A stretch of DNA of 41,095 nt from an uncultured Verrucomicrobiales bacterium (GTDB lineage: Bacteria; Verrucomicrobiota; Verrucomicrobiia; Limisphaerales; Palsa-1400): NCBI GenBank assembly GCA_903927905.1, contig CAIYOY010000020.1, forward strand, positions 1-41,095. Direction: 5' to 3'. Of the stretch, positions 1-9,233 are shown one piece after another. The translations under genes were made by a program, and so were the position numbers. The notes under the pieces are model-generated. The model saw only the letters and a program-made list of their open reading frames with translations, had not been told where the DNA came from and did no database searches. How positions within the stretch are numbered: the first letter of the stretch is position 1; each line of letters starts with the position of its first letter.

Positions 1-187
1 GCCGCTTCAGCGTAATGAGCCGGGTGATTTTATCAGTTCTTTCGTGTTTCACGGTGAAGCGGCATGAATGCCGCGCTCCTGGCCGGTGGAAAATGTCCGT
101 CATTTTGTAACTGACTTATTGACTGGGTCTGGTAAACATTCCTCATGTCACGACGCGCCGAAACAAACGCAGTGTCATAAAAGCCAT

Positions 188-739
188 ATGGAATTCACAG
201 TTTTTATCATTTGCATGGGAGCCGGATTGCTCTTCGTGTTGATTTCCCTGGCGGCGGGCCATATCGGCGGCGGCCACGGCCACATCGGCAGCGGCGGCCA
301 TGCCTCTACCGGCGCAGACGGATCGGATGGGGACAGTGTTTCCGCCTTCAGTCCCACCGTCATCTCGGCGTTTATCATGGCCTTTGGCGGTTTCGGGATC
401 ATTTTCCATGAAATTCCCGCCACCAAACCCATTTGGTTGAGCGTGCCGCTGGCCATCGTGTGTGGGTTGCTCTGCGGTTACGGCCTGATGGCATTGCTCC
501 GTAAATTATTTCGCCATTCGCAAAGCTCCAGCGAATCAAAGATCGGCACGCTCGTCGGCATGAGCGCCACGGTGATTTCGCCCATTGCCCAAAACGGCAT
601 GGGAGAAATCGCCTATGTGCAAGGCGGTTCCCGTTATACGGCCCCGGCCCGCACTGAATCCGGCTCCGCCTTGGCGGCGGGCCAGACGGTCAAGATCAAC
701 CGCATCATCGGCACCCAGTTTTACGTCGTGCCAATTTGA
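188..739 (+). CDS. NfeD-like membrane protein (flotillin-associated). Three N-terminal TM helices, a Gly/His-rich linker and a C-terminal OB-fold-like beta segment. The ORF track extends to 68, but the hydrophobic N-terminus starts at the Met at 188.
   Basis: Lies immediately upstream of and co-oriented with a flotillin gene, which is the classic NfeD-SPFH operon arrangement. TM segments MEFTVFIICMGAGLLFVLISLAAG, VISAFIMAFGGFGIIF and IWLSVPLAIVCGLLCGYGLMALL are followed by a C-terminal soluble beta-rich tail. Confidence 0.6.
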   Translation: MEFTVFIICMGAGLLFVLISLAAGHIGGGHGHIGSGGHASTGADGSDGDSVSAFSPTVISAFIMAFGGFGIIFHEIPATKPIWLSVPLAIVCGLLCGYGLMALLRKLFRHSQSSSESKIGTLVGMSATVISPIAQNGMGEIAYVQGGSRYTAPARTESGSALAAGQTVKINRIIGTQFYVVPI

Positions 740-769
740 ATTTAGCAACCAACAACCCTCCATTATCCT

Positions 770-2320
770 ATGACCATTAATCCAATCATCGCCGGCCTGT
801 TCCCCGAGTCGTTCTCCCCGGCCGTTATTGCCCTCACTGTGGTGGTTCTCGCCATCGGCGCGTTCGCCATCCTTTGGATGGTCTTGAGCCGTTACACCAA
901 GGTCGGTCCGAATGAAGTCCTGGTTGTCTCCGGCAACAAACATAAATTCGTGGAAGCCGACGGCACCGTTTCCACCCGCGGCTTCCGCATTGTTAAAGGC
1001 GGCGGCACTTATGTCTGGCCGATTTTTGAGAAGGTGGATGTTCTTTCTCTTGAATTACTGACGATTGACGTGCAGACGCCGGAAGTTTACACCAGCAAAG
1101 GCGTCCCGGTGAAAGTGGACGGCGTCGCTCAAATCAAAATTAAAGGCGACGACATCTCCATCGCGACCGCAGCGGAACAGGTTCTGAGCAAGAGCATTGA
1201 TGACATCAAGAACGTCGCCATGCAAACGCTCGAAGGCCATCTCCGCGCCATCCTCGGCACGATGACGGTGGAAGATATTTACCAGAATCGCGACGCTTTC
1301 GCCTCCAAGGTTCAGGAGGTCGCCGCCGGTGATATGGCCAACATGGGCCTCGGCATCGTCAGCTTCACCATTCGCGATATCCGCGATACTCAGGGCTATC
1401 TCGACGCCCTCGGCAAACCCCGTATTGCCCAGGTCAAACGCGACGCCACCATCGCCCAGGCCGAAGCCGATCGCGACGCCATGATCCGCGCCGCCCAAGC
1501 CACTCAGGCCGGGCAGGAAGCAAAATTCATCTCCGATTCAAAAATCGCCGAAGCTCAGCGCGACTATCAAATGAACGTCGCCAGCTATCAGGCCTCCGTT
1601 AACCTCAAGAAAGCCGAAGCCGACCTCGCTTACGATTTGCAGAAATTCAAAACCGGCCAGTTGGTCAAAGCCGAAGAAATCCAGGTCAGCATCATCGAGA
1701 AACAGAAACAGATCGAACTGCAACAGCAGGAAATCCAGCGCAAACAACGCGAACTCGAAGCCAACGTCCAGAAGCCCGCCGATGCCGAACGTTATCGCGT
1801 CGAGACCCTGGCCAACGCCACCAAATTCCAGCTCGAAACCGAAGCCGCCGGTGCCGCTTCCGCCGCCCGGGCCAAAGGTTTTGCAGCCGCCGAAGTTTCC
1901 AAAGCCACCGGTCTGGCTGAAGCCGATGTCAACAAAGCGCGCGGTCTGGCCGAAGCCTCCGTCATCGAGGCCCAGGGTGCCGCCACCGCCGAAGCGATGA
2001 AGCTCAAAGCCGAGTCCTTCAAGCAATACAACGAAGCGGCTGTCATCGAAATGATCGTGCGCATCCTGCCGGAAGTCGCCGGCAAGATCAGTGAACCGCT
2101 CTCCAAGACCGAGAAGATCGTCATCATCAACAGCGGCAACGGTCCCGGTGGCGGCGCCAGCAAAATGACCGGCGACCTGACTCAAATCATCGCGCAGCTT
2201 CCGCCGGTGATCGAAAGTTTGACCGGTATTAAATTTGAAAAACTGTTGGAACAAGTCCCGGCGTTGAAAAACGCGATGGGGAAAACCAGCGATCCAACGG
2301 ATACCAAGGATGCGAAATAA
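770..2320 (+). CDS. Flotillin / SPFH (band 7) family protein, FloT/YuaG-like, 516 aa
   Basis: N-terminal TM segment, an SPFH core (PNEVLVVSGN...FRIVKGGGTYVWPIFEKVDVLSLELLTIDVQTPEVYTSKGVPV), then a long Ala/Glu/Gln-rich coiled-coil flotillin C-terminus. Confidence 0.9.
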   Translation: MTINPIIAGLFPESFSPAVIALTVVVLAIGAFAILWMVLSRYTKVGPNEVLVVSGNKHKFVEADGTVSTRGFRIVKGGGTYVWPIFEKVDVLSLELLTIDVQTPEVYTSKGVPVKVDGVAQIKIKGDDISIATAAEQVLSKSIDDIKNVAMQTLEGHLRAILGTMTVEDIYQNRDAFASKVQEVAAGDMANMGLGIVSFTIRDIRDTQGYLDALGKPRIAQVKRDATIAQAEADRDAMIRAAQATQAGQEAKFISDSKIAEAQRDYQMNVASYQASVNLKKAEADLAYDLQKFKTGQLVKAEEIQVSIIEKQKQIELQQQEIQRKQRELEANVQKPADAERYRVETLANATKFQLETEAAGAASAARAKGFAAAEVSKATGLAEADVNKARGLAEASVIEAQGAATAEAMKLKAESFKQYNEAAVIEMIVRILPEVAGKISEPLSKTEKIVIINSGNGPGGGASKMTGDLTQIIAQLPPVIESLTGIKFEKLLEQVPALKNAMGKTSDPTDTKDAK

Positions 2321-2336
2321 GATATTGGCCCAAGTT

Positions 2337-2669
2337 TTAGGCTAAAATATTTCCGAAGAAATTTTTAAGGACGTTTTTGACGTTGTTCCAGTCATCGGCC
2401 TTGATCCGTCCCAGTCGTCGTTGAACCGTGGATTTGTGCACCGTTGCCAGTTTTTCCAGCCGGATGATGGAAGGGAGACGCAAACCAGATTGCTGCCATT
2501 GATTTAACGCGATATCCCGATCAGAGCGAATCGGCTGACTTGTGACCGGAGCGACCAAAAGGTCATCGTCACCACTGTCAAAGACGACCAGAACAGGCCG
2601 CTTTTTAGTTCCGCTGCCATCCGTAAAAACCATGGTCACCAATAAAATTTCACCCTTGGAAAAAATCAT
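2337..2669 (-). CDS. Type II toxin, PemK/MazF family endoribonuclease (110 aa)
   Basis: Alignable by eye to MazF: GEILLVTMVFTDGSGTKKRPVLVV resembles MazF GDLIWVDFDPTKGSEQAGHRPAVVL, and the C-terminal ...VHKSTVQRRLGRIKADDWNNVKNVL resembles ...ARGATKKGTVAPEELQLIKAKINVL. Its start overlaps the stop of a small upstream ORF (the antitoxin). Confidence 0.75.
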   Translation of the reverse strand: MIFSKGEILLVTMVFTDGSGTKKRPVLVVFDSGDDDLLVAPVTSQPIRSDRDIALNQWQQSGLRLPSIIRLEKLATVHKSTVQRRLGRIKADDWNNVKNVLKNFFGNILA

Positions 2670-2677
2670 GCCCCAAT

Positions 2678-2872
2678 TTAATCCTGATCGTAAATGGCAT
2701 CAGCCAAAACGTATTGTTTGGTCAATTCTGAAGAGGAAAATTTAGTCCAGGCAACGGCTTCACCCTCCGGATGCTGGTGCGCCAGCAAATAATCCACATA
2801 ATGCAATGCTTCGCTTTGCAAGTTTTCGGGCAGATGCCTCGTTTTCTCGTAAACCAATTCCGCAGTGCTCAT
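2678..2872 (-). CDS. Antitoxin, DUF2281-like (64 aa), partner of the MazF-like toxin
   Basis: A small acidic ORF directly upstream of the toxin on the same strand, 8 nt apart. The N-terminal MSTAELVYEKTRHLPENLQSEALHYVDYLL fits the DUF2281 antitoxin pattern. Confidence 0.6.
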   Translation of the reverse strand: MSTAELVYEKTRHLPENLQSEALHYVDYLLAHQHPEGEAVAWTKFSSSELTKQYVLADAIYDQD

Positions 2873-2911
2873 GTTTTTACGATACCCGTTTTTTTCGCTT
2901 TGTAAATTAGC

Positions 2912-3511
2912 TTATTTCAAACTCAAAATCCACTCGCCTAATGCCTTCACTTCGGCGGGAGAAAATTGAGTGAATGGCGGCATCGGAATCGGGCCCCACT
3001 GACCGGAGCCGCCGTGGGTGATTTGATGGGCTACTTTGGCCATGGCATCTGATTTGTTACGATATTTGGCAGCCACGTCCTTGTAGGCGGGGCCGATTAA
3101 TTTGGAACTGATTTGGTGGCAGTTGAAGCAGCCACTTTTGATGGCGAGTTCTTTGGCGTTGATGCCATTGGCGACCGGTGCCGGAGCAATCGTGGGCATG
3201 ACCACCACGTTGGTGTCCGTGCCATAATTGTTCGCGAAATAACCGATCAATCCGTCGAAATCATTGGTGGAATAGGGCGCGCCATATTTGCCCTTCATCT
3301 TTTCCACTTCCGCTTTCCAGAAATCACGCGGCTTGGGCGGTTGCATCGCGGCATAATCAGCGGAATGACAGGTCATGCACTGCGCATTGGCCAGTTCCGC
3401 GCCGGGACCGGCTTTATAGACGGCGGTTTCGACCGGCAAGGTGATTTTGAGCGGCTTACCGCTGGCAGTTACAGCCAGAATCAGACTTAATGGGAGAAAA
3501 AGAAATTTCAT
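2912..3511 (-). CDS. Di-haem c-type cytochrome, SorB-like electron acceptor subunit; signal peptide MKFLFLPLSLILAVTASG
   Basis: Two CxxCH haem-binding motifs (CMTCH and CFNCH) and a signal peptide at the Met that lies 54 codons into the listed ORF. Its start is 5 nt downstream of the stop of the molybdopterin oxidoreductase gene. Confidence 0.8.
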   Translation of the reverse strand: MKFLFLPLSLILAVTASGKPLKITLPVETAVYKAGPGAELANAQCMTCHSADYAAMQPPKPRDFWKAEVEKMKGKYGAPYSTNDFDGLIGYFANNYGTDTNVVVMPTIAPAPVANGINAKELAIKSGCFNCHQISSKLIGPAYKDVAAKYRNKSDAMAKVAHQITHGGSGQWGPIPMPPFTQFSPAEVKALGEWILSLK

Positions 3512-3516
3512 AAAAA

Positions 3517-4743
3517 TCAAACCGCTTTGACGTGCGTGGTTTCGATGGTGTTGCGCATGTAGCCGGAGGGGTTCCAGAGGGATTCGACCGGTTGCGTTTG
3601 GCCGATGGTGTTGGTGGCGCGCACTTTTAATTCGTAATTGCCATCGTTCGCGGGAGTGAATTGCGCGGTCCACGGACGGAAAGAGTATTTACCCAGGTTT
3701 TGGCCGAGGGTGGCATCGCGCCATTCTTTCCCGCCGTCATCGGAAATCTGGACTTTGGTGATGCCATAACCGCCGTCGAAGGCGATGCCTTTCAGTTCGA
3801 TGGCTTGTCCGGTCCTGACCTTGTCACCGTCAGCGAGACTGGTGATGAAAGAGCGAATGGTGTAGCGCTTGATCGGCGTGGTGGCCTTCGGCACGGTGCC
3901 CGCCTCACAAAAGCCGGTGCCGTTATCGGGGATGCGATACGCCGTGGCCATCCAGAAATTAGCCAACGCCTCGTCAACGACCGTGATGTCGCTGACGTGC
4001 TTGACCCAATAAGTGCCGAAGTAACCGGGCACGATCAGGCGCAGAGGAAAACCGTTGAGCATGGGCAACGCTTCGCCATTCATTTCATAGGCGAGCATGA
4101 CTTCGCCGTCCCGGGCTTGTTCCACATCGAGGGCTTTTACGAAATCGGGCGTGGCTTCGAGAATGGGTTTGTCGAGGCCGTTGAAAGTAACTTGTTTGGC
4201 CGTGGCTTTAAGACCCGCCTTGTCGAGAATGTCTTTTAAGCGGACGCCTTTCCACTTGGCATTGCCCATCGCGCCATTGGCGAGTTGACCGCCGCCGACC
4301 CGTGGAGTGACAAAGCCGCGGCTGTTGCCGGAGCATTGCAGAACGGCGGTGACTTCGGTGGGTTCAAATTTTTTCAGATCGGCCAGCGAAAGGGTCAAAG
4401 GGGTGTTGACCGAGCCGCCAATTTTCACCTGATAAGTGTCCGGATCAATCTCCGTCGGAATGCCGGCCAGATGATAGCGGACGAAAAAAGCATCGTTCGG
4501 CGTGATCACGCCTTCATTGAAAACCGAGAAGGGCGTTTCCAATTGCGGCGGCCGAGTGGTCAGGCGGATGAGAGGACGTTTCTGCGGATATTTGACGAGA
4601 TCGCGCTCACCATGGGCAAAGGGCAGGGTGACCTTTTCTCCGGAAAAAACTTTACCAGGCACGCTGGCGAGGCCGGCAGCGAGCAAACCAGCCGAGCGCA
4701 AAAACTTGCGCCGATTCAAATGCGGAACAAAAAACTTGGCCAT
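3517..4743 (-). CDS. Sulfite-oxidase-family molybdopterin oxidoreductase (SorA/sulfite dehydrogenase-like), Tat-exported
   Basis: Twin-arginine signal (NRRKFLRSAGLLAAGLASVP). Moco-binding and dimerisation regions typical of the SO family, with a 408-aa length. It is in operon order with the downstream cytochrome c. Confidence 0.85.
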   Translation of the reverse strand: MAKFFVPHLNRRKFLRSAGLLAAGLASVPGKVFSGEKVTLPFAHGERDLVKYPQKRPLIRLTTRPPQLETPFSVFNEGVITPNDAFFVRYHLAGIPTEIDPDTYQVKIGGSVNTPLTLSLADLKKFEPTEVTAVLQCSGNSRGFVTPRVGGGQLANGAMGNAKWKGVRLKDILDKAGLKATAKQVTFNGLDKPILEATPDFVKALDVEQARDGEVMLAYEMNGEALPMLNGFPLRLIVPGYFGTYWVKHVSDITVVDEALANFWMATAYRIPDNGTGFCEAGTVPKATTPIKRYTIRSFITSLADGDKVRTGQAIELKGIAFDGGYGITKVQISDDGGKEWRDATLGQNLGKYSFRPWTAQFTPANDGNYELKVRATNTIGQTQPVESLWNPSGYMRNTIETTHVKAV

Positions 4744-4827
4744 AAGAAAGAAACGCTAGAGAAACGGGCAAAACATGCAACCAATAAAATGGAAATTTTG
4801 GTTGGCTGATTTTTTCGGACGAAAACC

Positions 4828-7011
4828 TTACACCATCCCCCACCACTTGCGCCCAATCCAATACAGCGTCAGCAGAAAAAGTATCGCACCACCCCACCAG
4901 GGATCGCTCCAGAGGCGGAGACGCTTTTCCATCGGCTTGGGTTCCGGCAACAGGGAAATCTGGCTGATGACTTTGTTGAAGTCGTCCACCGAAAAATTGG
5001 CACCGTGGGTGATGGCCGAGATTTCGCGCAGGACTTGGGAATTGATCGGCAGGCCTTGCTTTTCAATCAACGGTTGAGCGACCTGGATTTCGGTGGTCAG
5101 GTGGCGACCGTGTTTGTCGGAAGAGATTTCTACTTTATATTTGCCGCTTTCCTGGGCGTTGAAGCCGGACTTGAACACGCCCCAGCCACCTTCGAGTTGC
5201 GCGAAGTCGAGGCGTTCGGCGCGGCCATTGGGTGACGTGATCTTGCCGACGACCGGGCCTTGTTCGATGGGGAAACCGGCCTCGTCCAGCACTGTCGCTT
5301 GCAGGAAAATCGGATCACCGGCCTGCGGCGCTTCGGGACTATAACTCAAACGGACGCCTTCTTTTTCGGAAAGATGCCGTTGATGCGCCATCCAACGGAC
5401 GACCTGACCCCAGAAACGGTAATGGAATTTGTCTTCCACCCCGCGCCGCCAACGCCACGCGCTGTCGGTGCCAAGGAACAGGACTTTGCCGGTGCCGGCG
5501 GGACGGGTGACAAGCAGCGGCATACGGCCATAGGCATTGCGCATGGCGGAATGGACGGCGAGAACTTCGGAGCCGGGTCGGCTTTTTTCCACCGCCGCCG
5601 ACCAGAAGAAGCCGGGCAATTGTTTCCACAATTCATCGTTGCGCTCTTCGTCCAAATCAAAGCGCGTCAGCCAATGCCGTTTGCCAGCGGAGGAAAGGAG
5701 GAGCAGCGATTCGTTCTGCATCGCGATGCCCGCCGGTTTTTGTTCGTCCAAAACCACCGGCATCAAATCACCCAGCGGACTTTGCAATAAACTCGCTTCG
5801 CGCCCGCGCCGACCCGGCACAAAAACCAGTCCGCTCGATTGTTGCTCCACCAGCCCCTTGAGCAACTCTGCGTCTTTCTCGGTCAATTCGCCTTGCCCGA
5901 TGCCGACATCACCGATGAACACCACGTCATAGGGCGATAATGTTTCTTTGGTGTTCGGAAAACTCTGGATGTAATTCGGCCCATCGCCCGGGCCGAGATC
6001 GGGATGAAACAACAGGCAGTGCATTTCCACGCCTGGATCGCGCGAGAGAGCATTGCGTAAATAGCGATATTCCCAGCGTGGCAAAGAATCCACCACCAGC
6101 ACTTTCAATTTCTCAACGCGGATTGAGGAATGAAATGTGCGTTCATTGTTTTCCACGATGCCTTCCTCAGGCTCTACTGGTAGTTTGAGGGAAGCGGTCA
6201 CTTCGCCAACGGCACGTGGTGACCAGAGAATCGCATCCTCCACTTCGCCCTTGGCCGGGATGGTGATGTCCTTTTTGTTAAGTTCGCCAAATTGATCCAC
6301 GAGCGTAATGGTCGTTTTCACATCGCGCGCCAGATGACTGACGACCTTGAAAGGAATGGCGATCTGTTCGCCGAACAATCCGTAAGCCGGCGCGGAAACA
6401 TTTTCCAACGCCAGATCCGGCACCGGCGTTTCGCGTCCGACCCCGACGGTGAACACCGGAATATTTTGCTCGCGATAACGCGTGGCCACACCGAGCGGTG
6501 ATTTGCCGGTGTTCCAATCACCATCGCTCAGGAGAAGAACGGCTTTGAGATTCTTGTGACGATTCAGGGCTGATTCCAACGCGCCATTCAGATCGGTGCC
6601 GACGATGGCGTTTTGATTTGTGGTCGGCGCGGCAAAATCTTCGACGGCGACTTTGGCGTGGCTCTCGAGTGGCCGCCAGAATTGTTGTTGTCGTTGCGCG
6701 GCGAGCCAATCAGCGCGGCTGACGACTTTATTGGCCAAAACCAGATCCCGCGTCTTCATGCTGTCCGATGCGTCCGTCAGCACGGCGATTTCCGGCGCGG
6801 CCGTCCGTTCAATGCGCTGCACGTATTCCGGCCGAAACAGAGTAAAGACCAGGGCCGTGATGAGGAAAAAGCGCACCAATTCCAACCGTCCGGCGGCGCG
6901 TGGATTTCCGCTGCGCCGCCAGTTTTGCCAGCACAACCAAACCGCGCCCAGCCAGACAATGAGGCCAAGCACGATCACAGAAGCCGGAGCAGCAACGGAA
7001 AGATGATCCAT
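4828..7011 (-). CDS. Membrane protein with a von Willebrand factor A (VWA) domain (727 aa); N- and C-terminal TM helices
   Basis: N-terminal TM (VIVLGLIVWLGAVWLCW). VWA/MIDAS-like segment (AVLTDASDSMKTRD ... VLLLSDGDWNTGKSP ... VFTVGVG). C-terminal TM (WWGGAILFLLTLYWIG). Confidence 0.7.
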   Translation of the reverse strand: MDHLSVAAPASVIVLGLIVWLGAVWLCWQNWRRSGNPRAAGRLELVRFFLITALVFTLFRPEYVQRIERTAAPEIAVLTDASDSMKTRDLVLANKVVSRADWLAAQRQQQFWRPLESHAKVAVEDFAAPTTNQNAIVGTDLNGALESALNRHKNLKAVLLLSDGDWNTGKSPLGVATRYREQNIPVFTVGVGRETPVPDLALENVSAPAYGLFGEQIAIPFKVVSHLARDVKTTITLVDQFGELNKKDITIPAKGEVEDAILWSPRAVGEVTASLKLPVEPEEGIVENNERTFHSSIRVEKLKVLVVDSLPRWEYRYLRNALSRDPGVEMHCLLFHPDLGPGDGPNYIQSFPNTKETLSPYDVVFIGDVGIGQGELTEKDAELLKGLVEQQSSGLVFVPGRRGREASLLQSPLGDLMPVVLDEQKPAGIAMQNESLLLLSSAGKRHWLTRFDLDEERNDELWKQLPGFFWSAAVEKSRPGSEVLAVHSAMRNAYGRMPLLVTRPAGTGKVLFLGTDSAWRWRRGVEDKFHYRFWGQVVRWMAHQRHLSEKEGVRLSYSPEAPQAGDPIFLQATVLDEAGFPIEQGPVVGKITSPNGRAERLDFAQLEGGWGVFKSGFNAQESGKYKVEISSDKHGRHLTTEIQVAQPLIEKQGLPINSQVLREISAITHGANFSVDDFNKVISQISLLPEPKPMEKRLRLWSDPWWGGAILFLLTLYWIGRKWWGMV

Positions 7012-7114
7012 GTTTACCCTGAAAAATTACACCGGACACCAACTATTGGCAATGTTGTGGAACGAACGGGGTGCGATTGTCCCCAGTCGCAACGAGGTTC
7101 GCACGCATGAAGGC

Positions 7115-9109
7115 TCAAGGATTTAAAATCGGCAAGAGACGGTGACTAATCAACTGGCGGACTTCCTCCACATGTTGAAAGTAATCGCGCAAATTGTCCA
7201 CCGGAACAAAGTCATTCTGCGCCCGGTATTCACATTCCAAATCCAGCCGGGTTTCCTGCACCCGCAGGTGGCGGCTGAAGGTGAAGGCCGGGTCCTCCAC
7301 TTTTTTATCCTCGGTAAAATTCTGGCCGGTGAACATAAAATTGGCTTTGATCCGGCAAATTTCATGCCGTGGAAAACCGATCCGCAATGGCATGGTGCGA
7401 AAAGTAACTTCCGGCCGGGCGATCAGAGGACTGAGGCTTTCCGCGTATAAATCACAATAATACGAGTCCCCGGCTTGGCGCCGCTCCCAGAAATTATCAA
7501 TGGTATAGAACTCGGTTATTTCAAAACGATCTTCCTGTTCATCATCCTTAAAAATCATCGGGCTGGATGATTTGATTTGGGTATAAAGATGCGAGTAAGC
7601 ATTCAGGTAATCTTTTTCAATTTCTTCGTGCGGTCGGCTGGCGAACAAATGACGCAGGCGGTCCGCATCCCGGCCTTCCGCCTCTGTGACCACCTTTAAT
7701 TCCACCGGTCGGCCCAACGCCCCCGCGTTGATATATTCCGTGACCACGGTTTTGGAGAATTCGTCGTCAAACGGGATCGCGGTCAAACCCACGGTGCCCG
7801 GGCGGACGACTAGGCCGCGTTCGTAATCGCGCATGGACCGCAAGGCCAATGGCCCGCGCTGGAAAGTGGCCGTGCCATCGAGCCAAAAGGTTCGACCGTC
7901 AATCACCACTTGGGCAATGGCGTGGTTGAACGCATACATCGTGGGTTGCCAATCATCCAGTGAGCGCCGGACTTTGGTGTTGACCAAAACCGGCCACGCT
8001 TCAATTTTCATCGCCCGCAGGATGGTCACCAGCAACAGGGCTTTGTCTTTGCAATCCCCGAACCGCCGGGCATAAATCTCGGAAGGATCAGCCGGGCGAT
8101 ATTCGCTGCCGACAGTTTCGAGGCCCAGATACCGCACATCTTCCTGGACAAATTGCAGGGCGGCCAACACCTGATCTGTCTTGCCGGGGATTTTTTTCCA
8201 CTCGGCCACACGCTGAAGTAATTCCCGGGAAAGGGCGTTGGTATATTTAAATAATTCCATAGCCCGGAGGTTGACCTCCGCCCAGGTTTTAAACTCGCTG
8301 CATTGCAGCGAGGGGGCGGCTTCATACCAGCCCGGCACCGCGTCCTCCGCCGGCAGGGCGGCGACTCCTTTTGCCTCCCATTTATATTCCCACAAATTTC
8401 CGCGCCTCACCGGCACCGACTTGGGAAAGGCCCCGTGCTCCTTCATGTATAGCCGTCGCTGCGCGGGCCATAACAGCCGATATGACAATCGCTCCACCGC
8501 TTCACCAAAAGCACCGGACATCGTGTCAGTAAATTTGCCGGCGGTGACCGCGTTGGTTCCCTGGGAACTGAAGGCGTAATCAATAATGTCACCCGGCCGG
8601 ACATCATCGAGAAAAAGCACGGCTTCCTTTGTGCCGTTGTAAAGATTTTCATCCAGCTCGCGTTCTGGCTGGATGATTTTTATTTTGGCCAGGTCCAGCC
8701 GGTTCAGCGCGTTGGGCCCGCGCCAGATTTTAATCCAATGAAAAGCCAGCGTTTCTCCCGCCGGATCAAAGTCCACCGAAATAGTAGATCGGTTTTTCAC
8801 CCCGGCACTGGTAAAAACCTGGCGCACAAAATGATAAAAAATTTCATTGGTGGCCGCATTGACTTGCCGGTCGAACAGCAACAGGCGCGAATCCTCTCCG
8901 GGCCGGGCCTGATTAAGTATGGTCAGCCGGGAAAAATTCACCGGTGCCACCCACGCCGATGGCTGTCCCGAAACGGGATTACCTTCGCCACCGGTTTTAT
9001 CCGCCGCCCACAGAACAGATGCCTGCAATAAAAAGACCATACCCGCCAGCCAGCGTAGCGGAGACTTTTGCGTACTTGGACGAACGGCCAAATGTAAGTG
9101 GGTCAACAT
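7115..9109 (-). CDS. Transglutaminase-like / DUF3857-type protein (cysteine-protease fold), secreted
   Basis: Signal peptide at an internal Met (MLTHLHLAV...LWAADK). The Cys-containing core motif YARRFGDCKDKALLLVTILRAMKIE is typical of the transglutaminase-like superfamily. Confidence 0.65.
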   Translation of the reverse strand: MLTHLHLAVRPSTQKSPLRWLAGMVFLLQASVLWAADKTGGEGNPVSGQPSAWVAPVNFSRLTILNQARPGEDSRLLLFDRQVNAATNEIFYHFVRQVFTSAGVKNRSTISVDFDPAGETLAFHWIKIWRGPNALNRLDLAKIKIIQPERELDENLYNGTKEAVLFLDDVRPGDIIDYAFSSQGTNAVTAGKFTDTMSGAFGEAVERLSYRLLWPAQRRLYMKEHGAFPKSVPVRRGNLWEYKWEAKGVAALPAEDAVPGWYEAAPSLQCSEFKTWAEVNLRAMELFKYTNALSRELLQRVAEWKKIPGKTDQVLAALQFVQEDVRYLGLETVGSEYRPADPSEIYARRFGDCKDKALLLVTILRAMKIEAWPVLVNTKVRRSLDDWQPTMYAFNHAIAQVVIDGRTFWLDGTATFQRGPLALRSMRDYERGLVVRPGTVGLTAIPFDDEFSKTVVTEYINAGALGRPVELKVVTEAEGRDADRLRHLFASRPHEEIEKDYLNAYSHLYTQIKSSSPMIFKDDEQEDRFEITEFYTIDNFWERRQAGDSYYCDLYAESLSPLIARPEVTFRTMPLRIGFPRHEICRIKANFMFTGQNFTEDKKVEDPAFTFSRHLRVQETRLDLECEYRAQNDFVPVDNLRDYFQHVEEVRQLISHRLLPILNP

Positions 9110-9233
9110 GCTCTTGTTTCGACAACTTAACCCAATCCGGAAAGTTTTAAACCTCAAATATTACAGCGACTGAGACAAAAATCATCGGCCTGGACTTGAT
9201 TGCCCGCTCTTTTGCAGCCATAGATGAAGGGTC

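Noticed and set aside
68-187. 5' extension of the NfeD-like ORF to the ATG at 68
   Set aside because: The extension (MPRSWPVENVRHFVTDLLTGSGKHSSCHDAPKQTQCHKSH) is hydrophilic, unconserved-looking, and precedes the first TM helix. The Met at 188 gives a canonical NfeD topology. This cannot be settled from sequence alone.
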